NCBI GenBank assembly: GCA_024679065.1
Contig: JAGIQG010000029.1
Location: 17,174,001 to 17,238,000, forward strand
DNA from: Sphyrna mokarran
Taxonomy: Eukaryota
DNA length: 64,000 nt
Direction of reading: 5' to 3'
Part shown: positions 52,037 through 64,000 of the stretch, one piece after another
How the letters are laid out: each line of letters begins with the position of its first letter
Position numbering within the stretch: the stretch's first letter is position 1
Notes under the pieces: generated by a model
What the model was told of the DNA's origin: nothing
The model's input: the letters and a program-made list of their open reading frames with translations, nothing else
The model's database searches: none
Program-made: the position numbers and the translations under genes

Positions 52037-52343
52037 GGGTGGCACAGTGGTTACAGGTGCTGCCTCACAGTGTCAGGGACCTAGGTGTGATTCCCGGCTA
52101 GGGTCACTGTCTGTGCGAAGCTTGCATATTTTCCCCATGTCTCCATGGGTTTTCTATAGGTGCTCCGGTTTCATCCCACAATTCAAAGATACGTGGGCTA
52201 GGTGATTTGCCATGCTAAATTGCCCTTTAGTGTCGGGGGACTAGCTAAAGTAAATGCATAGGGATGGGGCTTGGGTGGAATGGTGGCAGATTCAATGGGC
52301 TGCATGGCCTCCTTCTGCACTGTTGGATTCTATAATTCTATGA
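52037..52343 (+). mobile_element. HE1-like V-SINE, full length
   Basis: gggtggcacagtggtt..tgctgcctcacagtgtcagggacc...ggattctataattctatg tail repeat. Confidence 0.88.
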
Positions 52344-52463
52344 AATTGTATGGAGATCACAGGATTTACTTAGTCCAACAATACTGACTTAGGAATCAAA
52401 GATGAACTCTGCACTAAAGATATCAGCAAGATCACATTTAATGTTAACTTTGAAGAGTCTTAC

Positions 52464-52582
52464 CTGGGTCTCGGTGACTGTGGCAGTTTTTGGTGCAAGC
52501 GGGTTTGAGAGAGCAATAGTGTACAACATCACTCGGGTCTGATTGCCATCAACTTCTTTCTTCCAAGGATGACTAACAATAT
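52464..52582 (-). CDS. GRAMD1B: GRAMD1B exon (VASt domain)
   Basis: AG/GTAAG bounded, 119 nt; (D)IVSHPWKKEVDGNQTRVMLYTIALSNPLAPKTATVTETQ. Confidence 0.96.
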
Positions 52583-52954
52583 CTAGAGTGAAAAAAATTC
52601 AGTATTATTAGCCATTCTTCATCATTCTAGGACCTTCATCTGGAATGTAAATTTACAGAAGTAGCTTTCATTATGGTTAATGAGTGTTCAGTTTCATCAT
52701 TGACATAGGTCAGAATCTGACCTCGCTGTGGTGAATTTTTCTGCACTGAGTGAGCGAGCCAATCAAACATCCACTGACTTTGGCAGGAAAAGCCAGGAAG
52801 TAGAATGTGTGTGAGTTTTTAAACTTTTCATTTTACTTTCACTTAATCACTTATTCCAATTCAGGATCATGCCGAATTGTGGCATTTGGCAGGGTTCACA
52901 CAGGACAGGATCCCAGTTCAGCATAGGACTCGCACTCGCACACAGACAAACTTA

Positions 52955-53148
52955 AGACAATTCAGCATGGCCGATTTACCTAACTTGGCATCTTTAGACT
53001 GGGGAGGAAACCGGAACATCCAGTGAAAACCCACGCACACACAGATAGAATCTGCAGACTCCACACAGACAGACATAAGGCCGGAATCAAACTCGGGTCC
53101 CTGCAGCTGTGAGGCAGCAGCATCAATTACTGTGCTACCATACTGCCC
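52955..53148 (-). mobile_element. HE1-like SINE head and V domain
   Basis: Reverse-complement head ending ctgtgctaccatactgccc; the adjoining 52840-52955 differs from the usual tail. Confidence 0.75.
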
Positions 53149-54624
53149 AGTGTTTTTTAAACATCTCTGTCAATTAGGTGATCAATGTAGGTTGGAGGTT
53201 TAAAAATATACATTTTATGATTGTTTGATTAAACAAATCATTTTCTTTCCTGTTGAAACATTTCTGAATGCATGATCAATTATGTTAAACATCATACATC
53301 AGCAATTTCTGTCCTCAAAGTCTCACTGCTTTTCACATTTTTGTGTTAATCCCACACATCAGAAACTTCCTACATATGTTTATCACATTGTGATGGCATT
53401 TTATTGCTTCAGTTTTGCGTTTCCAGCTCTTCAGTGTGTAATAAGACTTCAGGTTCCAGCCAGATCTACTCTTGTGCTTCCCAAAATGCCATAAGTTTTG
53501 CAGAGAAAACAATTTCAAAAATAAATTGATTGGATGGCCACAAAAAGGAAATACACTTGCCAGATAGAGCAGAGAATAGGACTAATTGGAATGGTCTACA
53601 GAGAGCCAACATGGACTTGATGGCCTCTTTCTGTTTGTCGTGAGACAATGCACCTTCATTTTTTTGAAAATATGGTTTTTCAACTTTCAAGTGACTGAAA
53701 TTTGGAAATTTTGCACTTTGAATTGAAACAGAGCAAACTGTTTAAAAATACAAGGTCACATTCCAAAGTGAAGGTGAGGAACAAATAAATTACCCTCAGG
53801 GAAACTGAAGAGAGCGACATTTCCTATAGTCTAGGAACAATAACTGTCACAAAGGGACACGCACAAAACCTCTTGGAAATACAAAATGGATGAAGTATTT
53901 CAAAGCAAAGCTGATCAATCACTTGAGAGAGATTGCAAGTGACAATAAGTGGTGTCAAGAAAGTCATCAGCAGAGAAAAGAGACTGAAGGCTGCTTTCGC
54001 TTCTACTCATACTTTTGGAATAAGAGTGTCACCCAATTTGAGAAGCCAACTCTATCAGGAACCTACCAGCACTGAAGGATCTCGTAATAATTACAACATC
54101 TTCTGTAGCTGATTGCATCAAAGAAATAAGCTAACCTAAATGAGCCACAGCATTTAAAATCTATACCTCAATGACAATCAAAGGACATTTAATTGTATAT
54201 TATTTTACCTTTTTTGGACTCTAACTTCCATATGCTTGGCTTCACATTATTACCAGTTTTCTTGAGATTAGAAGTTAATAAATTTGTTTTTTTCACTCAA
54301 AACACTCTGTTGATTCCTTATTAGTTTAAAACATTCTGATTTGGAAAAGGCACACTCTTGTAAAAGAGAAATTTAAACCTGTGTACCAAAAGGAGCGAGT
54401 TCACCTCTTTTCTCCTGATTATAACATAGACCATAATGACTTTATGATCTAATTGTGAATGATATGAACTTAAAATACCTTACGTAAATAAGAGTGGAAT
54501 GGATGATTATAAAATAGAAATTGAATTAAGCTTGCAAGTGGTGGTTCATTGTTAACTGCCCTCTATACGTGCTTCACCTGAAAAGTACCCTTGGTTTGAA
54601 TCCCATTGCACAATGTTAAGAAAT

Positions 54625-54845
54625 GCTTGCGTGGGTTTTCTCCGGGTGCTCCAGTTTCCTCCCACATCCCAAAGATGTGCTCTTAGGCTAACTGGCAGAA
54701 CAAATTCTCCCTAAATTGTCTCAAATTTGGTTTCAATCCATAGATCTATAAACATGGACAGGGATCACGGGTAGAAGTGGGAACATCGAGGTGGCAGCGC
54801 GGGTTCTTGGGCTGAACGGCCTGTTTCCCGTGCTGTTTTGTTCTT
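54625..54845 (+). mobile_element. V-SINE fragment
   Basis: gcgtgggttttctccgggtgctccagtttcctcccacatcccaaagatgtgc V-domain core. Confidence 0.7.
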
Positions 54846-55116
54846 TGAAACTGCCTAGTTTATGTCAAAAAAATCACAATTCAAATTTCAAACTATCAAA
54901 ATAAATCCTTACATTGCTGGGAAAAGAACTATTATTATCACATCTAAGGTGATACAATACATTTTGTTCATCTGGTTGTAAACAACAGAAGGGTTAATAT
55001 ACATTTTTATGGTGTTCATGCTCTTCAAGAACTTTGTATATGGATATGTTCCAGTAATGATTGATTGTATATTTTTGTTGATGTTAATCAATTCCTCAAA
55101 AAAACAATGCAGATAA

Positions 55117-55315
55117 TCCCCAACCGACTCAAGAACAGCTTCTTCCCTGCTGCCATCAGACTTTTGAATGGATCAGCCTTATATTAAGTTGATCTTTCTC
55201 TGCACTCTAGCTATGACTCTTAACAGTACATTCTGCACTCTCTCCTTTCCTTCTCCATGTACAATACTTTTCACTGTATACTAATACATGTGACAATAAT
55301 AAATCAAATCAAATC
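55117..55315 (+). mobile_element. Rex1/Babar-type LINE 3' end
   Basis: RLKNSFFPAAIRLLN C-terminus; tail ttttcactgta..catgtgacaataat(aaatc)3. Confidence 0.7.
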
Positions 55316-55327
55316 CATCAAGCATAC

Positions 55328-55386
55328 AGCTCCTCTAGATCAGTGAGGACACCAGAGCAGCCTGTCCTCACTGATCTAGAGAAGCT
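55328..55386. repeat. Near-perfect inverted repeat (24-bp stem, 11-nt loop)
   Basis: ctctagatcagtgaggaca (55333-55351) and tgtcctcactgatctagag (55363-55381) are exact reverse complements; extended by agct/agct. Confidence 0.95.
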
Positions 55387-55849
55387 AGAGGAAAAAGGAC
55401 CAAAGTGGTGGGCCCCTTCTCAAGCACATTTAATATTTTGTCTGAAAATACAAAAGAATTTTTCCCATGCACAACTTTTTTCCCTTCTGACATGCTTCTA
55501 ATGTAGCATTTTCAAATGTCAAAAATATAAAAGAGAAAAATAAAGGCAGTCTGTTTCATCTTAGTTTCTTCTGATCTGCAGTTTGGTATTTAAGAGTACT
55601 CGCCAATTTGGAAGTCTCCTTTACCCATAGTACTTAACCATAAATTGATCTCAAGATGCTGTTATTAAAATAGTAAGACACTATGACCATGAAGGGTTAA
55701 AGGCAACTGTAGCTTAACAGAAAAGCAGGTTGCCCGTTAATTAGCACGAATCTGCTAACGCACAAAGGTCTTCCATACCTGTCAAGTGACCATGAGTAAT
55801 ACCGTGGGAGATTTTAGTATTAATTATTAGACCAAAAAAAAGATAAACT

Positions 55850-57535
55850 CTCACTCTCCATCCTTCTCATCCTGTCCAGTCTTTGAGACTGTTGATCACA
55901 CCATCTTTCTCCAATGCCTCTCCACTGTTGTCTAGTTGGGTGGGACTGCTTTCATGTGGTTCAATTATTATCTACTCACAGTCAAAGAATCACTGCAATT
56001 CTTTGCTTCTTGTGTCTACACCATTATCTGTGCTGTCCTCCATGGATCTATCTTGAGCTCTTTTCTATTTCTCATTTACATAATCTGCTTCAGTGGCATT
56101 ATCCACAAACTGACAACACCCATCTCTACCTCACCATGACTTTGAGAGTCCCACTCTTGATATATCAGATAGTTTATTTGACATTCAATACTGAATGAGC
56201 AGAAATTTCCTCCAACTAAACTGGAAAGACTGAAGTCGTTGTTTTCATTGTTTACATATACTGCTCTCCAATTACTGCCACTTTTGCTTGACAATAGTAT
56301 GAGGTCAAACCAGTTTGTTCAAAATCTTGGTGTCACATCTGATCCCGGGTTAGGTTTCTGACATCATGGCAGAATTCTCCCAAAAACAAACTAAGCGCCC
56401 AATGTGCAGGAAAATGGGAACATTTCCTGTCTGTTTTTTGGGCTCTCCCACTAGAGCGAACCTCCAACACTCTGAACATTGCAGAGTACCTCAGCGTGAT
56501 TCACTCTGGTAAGTAGGGGATGAGGCCTACTCCTGCCCAAGAGGCCAGCAGCATAGTGTTGAGCAGACCACTGTGCATGCACCAATCTGTCACAGCAGAG
56601 ATCAACATATGTGCAGTGCTCCCTTCCCCAAATCACTGATCTTCCCTATCGCTGTCCAACCCCGCAACCCCCCTGATCACTGGCCTCCCGAACGTTCCCT
56701 AGCCAACTCCTTTGTTCTCCCTCTACCCGAGCGCTGATCTCCCCTGCCTTACCTACCCCCGAGAAGTCCAAACACCAATTTCCCTCTCCCACCCTTTGCT
56801 CGAATAGTACAGCGTGGAGCTGATTACGCTACACGTGGGAGATTGTGCCCAGCATTACAGGCCCCCTGCTGGCGTTTCCTGACCCATACTTGTGCATTAC
56901 TAAGACCACCTATTTTGACATTTGTGATGTTGCCTGAATTCATCTATCTCAGCTCATGTGCTGTGATAATCCTCATTCATGTCTTTCTTATATCCATATT
57001 CAATTTTCCAAATACATTCTTAGTTGGCCATTCAAAATTTTTGTAAACTTGAGGTCACCCAAATTCTGCTGCCTTTGTCTTCAATTACAGTAAGTCCCAT
57101 TCCCCTTTCAATCCTGAGCTCAATGATTTATATTGGATCTCAGTCAGCAATGTCTTGAGTTTAAAATTCTCAATCTTCTTCTTAAATCTCTCCATGGCCG
57201 TATCCCTTTCTATTGCTGTATTCTCGTTCAGCCCCCCAACCCTGTGAGATTTCTGTGCTCCTCTAAATCATGCTTATTGCACATTCCCAATGATAATTAA
57301 TTCACCACTGGTGGCCACACCTTCAGTTGCCTAATCTCCAAGCACTGGAATTTCCCTACATCTCTTTCCTTGCTTTTCCTTCTTTCAGGAGATCCTTAAA
57401 ACATATCTATTCAACCAAGCTTTTGGTCATTTAGCCTAATATTGTCTTATGTGAAGTTTTATTATGCTTCTCTGAAGTGCTTGGGATATTTCATTACGTG
57501 AACAGCATTATATAAATGTAAGTTATTGTTATTGG
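55850..57535 (+). mobile_element. L2 LINE fragment, interrupted by a DNA-transposon remnant
   Basis: tttgagactgttgatcacaccatc (AFDTVDH-like) and ggtgggactgctttcatgtggttc; 3' tail identical in type to the 5530-5920 copy. Confidence 0.8.
56367..56850 (+). mobile_element. Non-autonomous DNA transposon nested in L2
   Basis: Ends ggcagaattctccc ... gggagattgtgccc form imperfect TIRs; internal sequence shared with 21755 and 41842. Confidence 0.65.
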
Positions 57536-57771
57536 CTTTCAGATGGTAATTCACTTTGGGATAGAAACTTGAACCTTTTCCCCTTTAATTATCTTCAGAA
57601 TTTAAATAACTTTGATGTATACTCTTCACCTTCGTTTGCAAAGTTGCATTATGCTAAGAGTAAAATAAAACTTTTTTTCAGCTTTTCTGAGACAGAAAAA
57701 CACCATAGTTCTGGGAGTACTGAGTTCTCCATAAGCTTTATCTACACAAGATATTATGAAAATTAGTTTAC

Positions 57772-57915
57772 CAGTGAACCTCCGCTGCTCAAAGAAATCT
57801 CGTAGAAACTGGGAGTCAGTGAAGAGTAGATCATACAGCTTGTCCACATTGACATGGAAAACTTCATTAATGTACTGTCGGCCATTGAGATCTTCATAGA
57901 ATGCTTGCACTTCTC
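57772..57915 (-). CDS. GRAMD1B: GRAMD1B exon (VASt/ASTER domain start)
   Basis: AG/GT bounded, 144 nt; EVQAFYEDLNGRQYINEVFHVNVDKLYDLLFTDSQFLRDFFEQRRFT. Confidence 0.96.
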
Positions 57916-59340
57916 CTGCAGTGAGGAGATGTGAAAATAAAATTAGACATAAATTAATCCAACATCGAAAAACAAAACACTATACAACCGGTGGAAGATT
58001 ATAGCAATAGCTTTGAGAGATGATGCTGATCATCAGTTAAATTCTCTTCATTTACATCCTGATTTAATGCATGGTTATAAAAGCTCAGCAACTAAATAGC
58101 CAAATGGTAGATCTGCTGCAGAGTGCTTCAGGCAATATCGTCTCCTCTTTTATAATTCAATCTAATCTCTTCCATATGTATGTTTGCTTAAAATATTTCT
58201 TGTAGGGTCCTTTATCAGTCAAATTAACAAAAACTCTTCTACTCCAGCTCCTCATAGTTACTGAAGAAACAATTGGAATAATAAATTTGACATATATGAG
58301 ATGGGAGAAATACAAAAATATGACATTAGTATACACTATTATTTTCTTTGAGAGAGATGAATAATGATCCCAACTTGTTACTCATGATTGATAGTAACTA
58401 TCAGTGAACATTTTATTTATCAGTCTTGCATCTAATCCTGTAACCCACATAAAAATTATTTCTTTTAAATTCTGTACTGTCCAGTAACCACCATTCTGTC
58501 TTATTGCTTATACTCCACGAACGTTTGTGAAAATTGATTCTAACATGATTGTTTGAAGAAATGCTTTTTCTAAAACACTAACTTCTTGTTCTACTTGATT
58601 ATCATTTAATGATCCACATCATGTGTCAACTTTGGGGCTGACTGTAAATCAAGTAGAATGGGTCATGCACTACAAAAAGATTTAAAACAAAATAAATATT
58701 GCACTCGTGATATTGCGTCCCAATTTCTTTACACTCAAATCTGTATCAGCAACCTACATCTCACTTTGAAAGCAGCACAAATGCAACTTAATTTATTAAC
58801 AGCTATTGTTACATGCAGAAAAAAGTCCATTTTATTTGGAAGAAATTAAAGGGAACTTCAACCCCACTTAAAATTGGAAAATGTGAACAGTCTCCACGCC
58901 AAAGCAGCCTTTTAATTTGCTTATCATTTCATACTTGCAAAATAATTTCATGTCTCCAAAAAGTTAATGATGTAATGCTCTTTAACAAAAAGCTGCCTCA
59001 ATAAAAATATATTTTGCTTTGCCAAAAATGAGAATCCATCTGGGATGTCCTACACTTGATAAGGCTTGGATTCAAAACACTTGATGGAAGTGAAATTGTT
59101 ATGCAATTATTTAATAGGCACTGTGGGAGGAAGGGGAAAAGGAAGTAAAAATATTCAGTGACTGATTCTATATGATAATTATGCTCCATGTGTTTAACCC
59201 AAGGAACGAAGGGGTGAATCTTTGGTAATTGTGGTAAGAAATGTCCTGTCATGTTTTACCAAATGCATTACGGCCATTCTGTAACTAAACCATATGATTC
59301 TGAGGTCCCTGTGCTGAAGATGTAGGAAAAAATACAGGAC

Positions 59341-59412
59341 TAATTGAATGTGGGAAAGCAATTTTATATGGCACTGAATTAATTGAATTTGGGAAAGCAA
59401 TTTTATTTGGCA
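59341..59412 (+). repeat. Tandem duplication, 39-bp period
   Basis: taattgaatgtgggaaagcaattttatatggca / taattgaatttgggaaagcaattttatttggca. Confidence 0.85.
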
Positions 59413-60314
59413 ACCGATTAGACTGCACCAATTTTCCAGTATCTTGAGACAGTAAATATGTTTATACCTATACAATTAAGTGTGATCACTTATTTTAAAT
59501 TGGGTTGAATTCTCCTTACAGGTAAAGAATCTGTGTTCTTTTCAGTATTCACAAGACACAAAAATATTTATTAAATACTCTTAAAATCTAGCAAATGAGT
59601 ATCTTTAAACTCAATGGTTCCATACCTGTTTTCAGTTTTTTAAAATCAGCTGTAGTTAGTCCCACTAAAATGAATGTAGACAGGAAAAATGAAAGTGAAA
59701 ATGGGGCAAACGTTTCTAATATATACTGTGCTTAGACTAGTTATCATCACAGCTTCAAATGTGCTTTGTGTCAATCATTCTGATTCAATTTTTCAAAGAA
59801 TGGTCCAGCAAGCATTGAAATTTTGTTTGTGTGTACCACTGAGGTAACAAAAATATACTAAAAATGAAACAAACTGCTTCTGAATATTTCATAAAAAAAT
59901 TAAAATGCATTTCTGAAGATGCACATTATGCTCTATTTTACATGCAGATTTTTTTCTAAAATAAACCTAGCTACTCTCTTCATTCCCTCGCTGAGAAGCC
60001 TTCAACCTCATGCAGTTTTAAAAGCATCAAGCTGGATAAAATTATGTAAAACATGCCTTAGCTAATTCAAAATAATCCCCACAAAGTTAACTGTTTCAGC
60101 ATGATGGTCGATCAATATCATGTGATCAATATCGCCTGATCAATTTCATAGGCCCTACATAGTACTTAATAACAAATAAAATCTCTGTCTAATCATGGTT
60201 TGCTGATGTTCCCTTCTCACCCCCTCACTCCAAACTAGGTTTCAGATCTGAAGTGTTAGAGAACCTCTGAAGGGATGTAAAAATTGGCAGCCATAAAATG
60301 GGTTAATGACATAC

Positions 60315-60489
60315 CCTCGTCATGTGTTTCAGAGGAGTCACTAAGCTCTGTTGGAATATCCTCATTATCATTGAAGTCCAAGGAAGGAGAATTCACTGGC
60401 AAAATGATTTCATTCTTGTCAATGGCCTGAAGGGCTTCAATTTCATCTTCTAGGTGATGGTCATCCTCCTCTGGCAGAATACCGTCGAA
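60315..60489 (-). CDS. GRAMD1B: GRAMD1B exon (acidic linker)
   Basis: AG/GT bounded, 175 nt; FDGILPEEDDHHLEDEIEALQAIDKNEIILPVNSPSLDFNDNEDIPTELSDSSETHDE(G). Confidence 0.94.
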
Positions 60490-61667
60490 CTATGACAATA
60501 GAAATAAGGGAAATTCAGATTGCAGTAAGAGTTTTGAAGATACCTTTGAAATCCACGTTTATTGGTTGTGATTATGAATTTAAGTGTAGTTAACATTTTC
60601 TTCATTAGTAAATGTTATTTTTCATAGGGATCATCATTAGAACTTTATTTTATTCAGCATGGTTTCTGAGGTCTGCTCTTGGTGGATATTGGATGAATTG
60701 GCATAGACAGAGTGCAAGAGAAAACGGTTGTGAGCATATCTTGGAGTGAGTTGTCATATAGGCTATAAAGGGCAATGGGGATGACAGATTGGCACAAGTT
60801 GGCACTGCTAGCATGGGGATGTTGGGGTCATGACGTGGTGAGTGGGGGCATGAAATGCATAAATTGGCATGAGGAAATATATGAAGGATGGGGTGTGAGC
60901 TTTTTTGTGTGAAAGGCGCTAATCCTTCATAGAGACGGTGTTGGCACCTAGCACTCCTGTGGCTGCCTCCATATTATTTTCCAGGAACAAAATTTGGAAC
61001 ATCTGGGAATTTTCTCAACCGAGCAAAAATCCAGACCTAGCTATTTTCACTTAAGCAAAGTCTTAACTAATTTAATAAATATATTTGTTAACAAATCCTA
61101 ATTTATTAACAAATTTGTAAAGGTTAAGCTTCAAAGTTTTGACTAAAGTTTTGCAAATGAATTACTTGGGTAAGATGGATAAGCTTTAAGAAAAGGGCTG
61201 AAAAGCTAAGCAGATTTTTTGGAACTACAGTTAGTGCTATGGATGACAGGGGAGACAGGAGGCAGATTGCAAAAGGAGGCACTAAGACAGATGCCCAGTC
61301 CCCGCCAAAGAACCAGAAACAGCAACAGAACATGGTATATTAGTAATGATAGCTAGCTTAAAGGGGTAGTTGTACTTTAATGAAAAATCATTCAGTGAGG
61401 CTCAAGGTTGTCAAACGATACCTTTAAAACTTTATCATGATGAGATCAAGGAACTGGTTAATATACTCTAAATTTAACTTTCCTGGATTTTTAACTTAAA
61501 AAAAAATTAAAAGAATTGCTTGCGATAAAGTGGTATAGTGGTCGGTTGTTTTAAATTAATATTGCTAAGTTTCCCCATTTCTTCTCAGCATAAGGCATTA
61601 ATTTCCACCGGAGCAAAATTCCAAAAGCTGCCCAGTTTTCAGCCAAGTGGCAGGTCTGGACAATAAC

Positions 61668-61750
61668 TAGAAATCATAGAAAACCTACAGTGCAGAAAGA
61701 GGCCATTTGGCTCATTGAGTCTGCACCGACCACAATCCCACCCCGGCTGT
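61668..61750 (-). mobile_element. HE1/CR1-type 3' tail fragment
   Basis: tagaaatcatagaaaacctacagtgcagaaagaggccatt...gagtctgcaccgaccacaatccca. Confidence 0.7.
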
Positions 61751-62405
61751 TGTTAGGTTATTGAGACATCATTGCTGAATGCGTTACCATCTTTAACAGA
61801 CATCCCAAAAAGTACATTTTCTAGCAAGAATCACCAAATAGCAATTAGCAGTAAGAATGTGAAATGATTTTCTCACCATTAGCCAATTTGGTCATTTGCA
61901 ATATCCTACTGCCATCTTGGCTGAGATCATCTAACTCAGCATAATCTAGAAATATAATTGTGATCTTGAGGACATTTCCTAATGTGTTTGGGTTACGCAG
62001 CTGGGAAGGTGAAGACATTTAGTTGTAAACATTAATATGCTACTCCGCATCTTCCAGGCAGTAGTTTATAACGTCATTAACTCTTAGGTATTATAGTTTC
62101 TCAATTTGATTTGTCTGAATTGGAATAATAGTTGCAGTTAAGGCTGCATTTCTTATTTTAAGGATTGGGAGGTGAAGGGATGGGGTGTTGATTTTATTAA
62201 GTGAGCCACTGGAGTTAGTAACATTAAAAATAAAAAGGAATATATGGGTAGACAGGTAGATCACTGGAATATGGTGCCTATACTTCTAAATATCAGTATT
62301 TTCATTGCATTTTTTTTGTTTCAGAAAGGCATGCAATATTTCAGTTTTTTTAAAAAAATTGCTGAAATAGATTGTAAATTGAAAATGCTAGAATTATTCA
62401 CATAC

Positions 62406-62562
62406 TGAGGCAGGAGCCTCACTGCTCCCTGTGGAGGTTATTGTGCTGTTCGTGACTGATTTCTTTTGCATCTGTGGACTGGCATCCGTTTTTACTTCTA
62501 TGCTGCTTTTAGATGTGTTATCATTCACCTCTACTTCTTCCACTGGGATTTCTTCGCAGAAC
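62406..62562 (-). CDS. GRAMD1B: GRAMD1B/Aster-B exon (linker after GRAM domain); upstream exons lie outside the window
   Basis: AG/GT bounded, 157 nt; FCEEIPVEEVEVNDNTSKSSIEVKTDASPQMQKKSVTNSTITSTGSSEAPAS, similar to recalled human YCEEIPVEENEVNDSSSKSSIETKPDASPQ. Confidence 0.93.
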
Positions 62563-64000
62563 CTACCAGAAATAGAATAACACCTTTACATATGACAATA
62601 ACATACTGGCAAATATTTCACAAGGCAGACACTGAAAAGCTCTATGTTCCTGTCCGTGATATTTGTTAAGAGTCTTTCATCCATTAAATTCGTCAGATGG
62701 AAACAGAGGAAGAGAACTGCAATTTCTGATCTTCATTATCCCATTTCAAATAAATGCATTAGTGTTGCCATAAAATAAGGCAAACTGAAAAATCTATGCT
62801 GGAAAGTCTGTTTATTCTGAAGTTGATTAGTAAGTAACATATAGTATTTCTTTGGATTTACTCTCATTTTCTGAAATATACTTCTTTAATATTCATAAAA
62901 TGACCACATAGCATTTGAGTTTTCAATTATAATTCATTCTGCAAATTTCTCAGAAATCTTTTTCTCCCAACCATCTCAATTCTCCTCTCACTAATTAATC
63001 TTCAAACAAAATGGTTCCCATTGAATGTAATTACCACAGATCTACCTTGTCTGATCTTGTGTATGATTCTGATGCTCATTCTCTGACAGATAACATTCCT
63101 AATAGCACTGTGGATGTGTCTACAAAACACGGACTGCAGTGCTGCAGGAAAATAATAATCATCACTTTCTTAAGGGTACGACCGAAAGACATCTATGACG
63201 TTACTGTACTTTTAAGAACTTTTTTTTTAAAAAAAATCATGTTCCCTAAAGCAATTAGCTTTTTGATTTTATTGCTGTCAGGCTGTCTGCTAGAAGTCTT
63301 TTTATTGCTGCTTCAGTGGTTTTAACAGGGTTGTTTTTTAAACTCTGGGATCTTTTATGATCCCAGAGATCCACTATTAGGAGGAAGATCATGTGTTTTA
63401 GACAGCTGTTTTCTTCTTAATAAATTTAAGGTTTCATTTTCTGTTATTTGGCTGGCTGCAATTTTAGAAGGGACATCAAGCTCTCTCTCATCCCGGTTTT
63501 GGAAAATTCTGTTGGTTCACTGAAAGCGAGGTTTCTTGCCTTCCTGGAGTAGAACATCTGCTGTTGGTGGCTTGACCAGAGAGTCTCCCTGGTGTTCTGG
63601 GAAACTGCTCTCACTTCAACTTGTTCTAAAGTGTCCAGAGGACTGGTAGAAGTTACAAGGCTGAGAAGTCAGGATTTTCAATTCTCCAACCAAAGGACTC
63701 AGTTCTAGTATCATGTGAGCAGTAGTCTTTGTTGTGCTAAACCTGCAGAAAGGGTTTTTTTTGTCTATGGGAAGTTTTTATTTGATTGGAACATCTTAGA
63801 TATATCTGTTAAGGGTTATACATTATACATTATTGTGGTTGATTTGTTCCTGTCTGAATTAATAAAGGTTATTTCTAATTTTCTTCCTATACATGTTAAC
63901 TATATTGTTAAATAAACTCTATTTGATAAAAGCTCCCTAGTGGGTCATTTGAATCATATCTAAGTGAAACATAACATGCTTATCCTATCCAACTTCAAAG

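Noticed and set aside
52037-52110. tRNA-like A/B boxes here and in other SINE heads
   Set aside because: They continue into SINE bodies and form no complete cloverleaf, so they are not tRNA genes.
63190-64000. Possible solo LTR near the window end, including a 10-bp hairpin at about 63343-63369
   Set aside because: It looks LTR-like, but no second copy, TSD or internal domain is visible in the window.

Overview
This is AT-rich vertebrate genomic DNA, most likely from a shark or other elasmobranch judging by its HE1-type V-SINEs and CR1-rich repeats. It holds the 3' ends of two convergent genes. SCN3B (+; sodium channel beta-3) contributes its last two coding exons at 754-892 and 2820-2886, followed by a probable 3'UTR intron. 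GRAMD1B/Aster-B (-) contributes 12 phase-consistent coding exons from 62562 to the stop at 35366 (487 aa: linker, VASt/ASTER sterol-binding domain, transmembrane helix and coiled coil). One of these is a 12-nt micro-exon in the transmembrane segment that the ORF track cannot show. The rest is intron or intergenic DNA rich in decayed mobile elements: CR1, L2 and Rex1 LINE fragments, about 11 HE1-like SINEs, MITEs, and an old two-LTR Gypsy relic. The observations most worth a second look are: fold-back insertions with target-site duplications carrying minimal hammerhead-ribozyme motifs (Penelope-like); the micro-exon with an SRRM4-type UGC motif; a near-perfect 24-bp intronic hairpin; a duplicated hairpin in the GRAMD1B 3'UTR; inverted SINE pairs flanking GRAMD1B exons; and a SINE tail swap. 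Gene and repeat-family names come from recalled protein or consensus similarity, not from database searches, and repeat boundaries are approximate.
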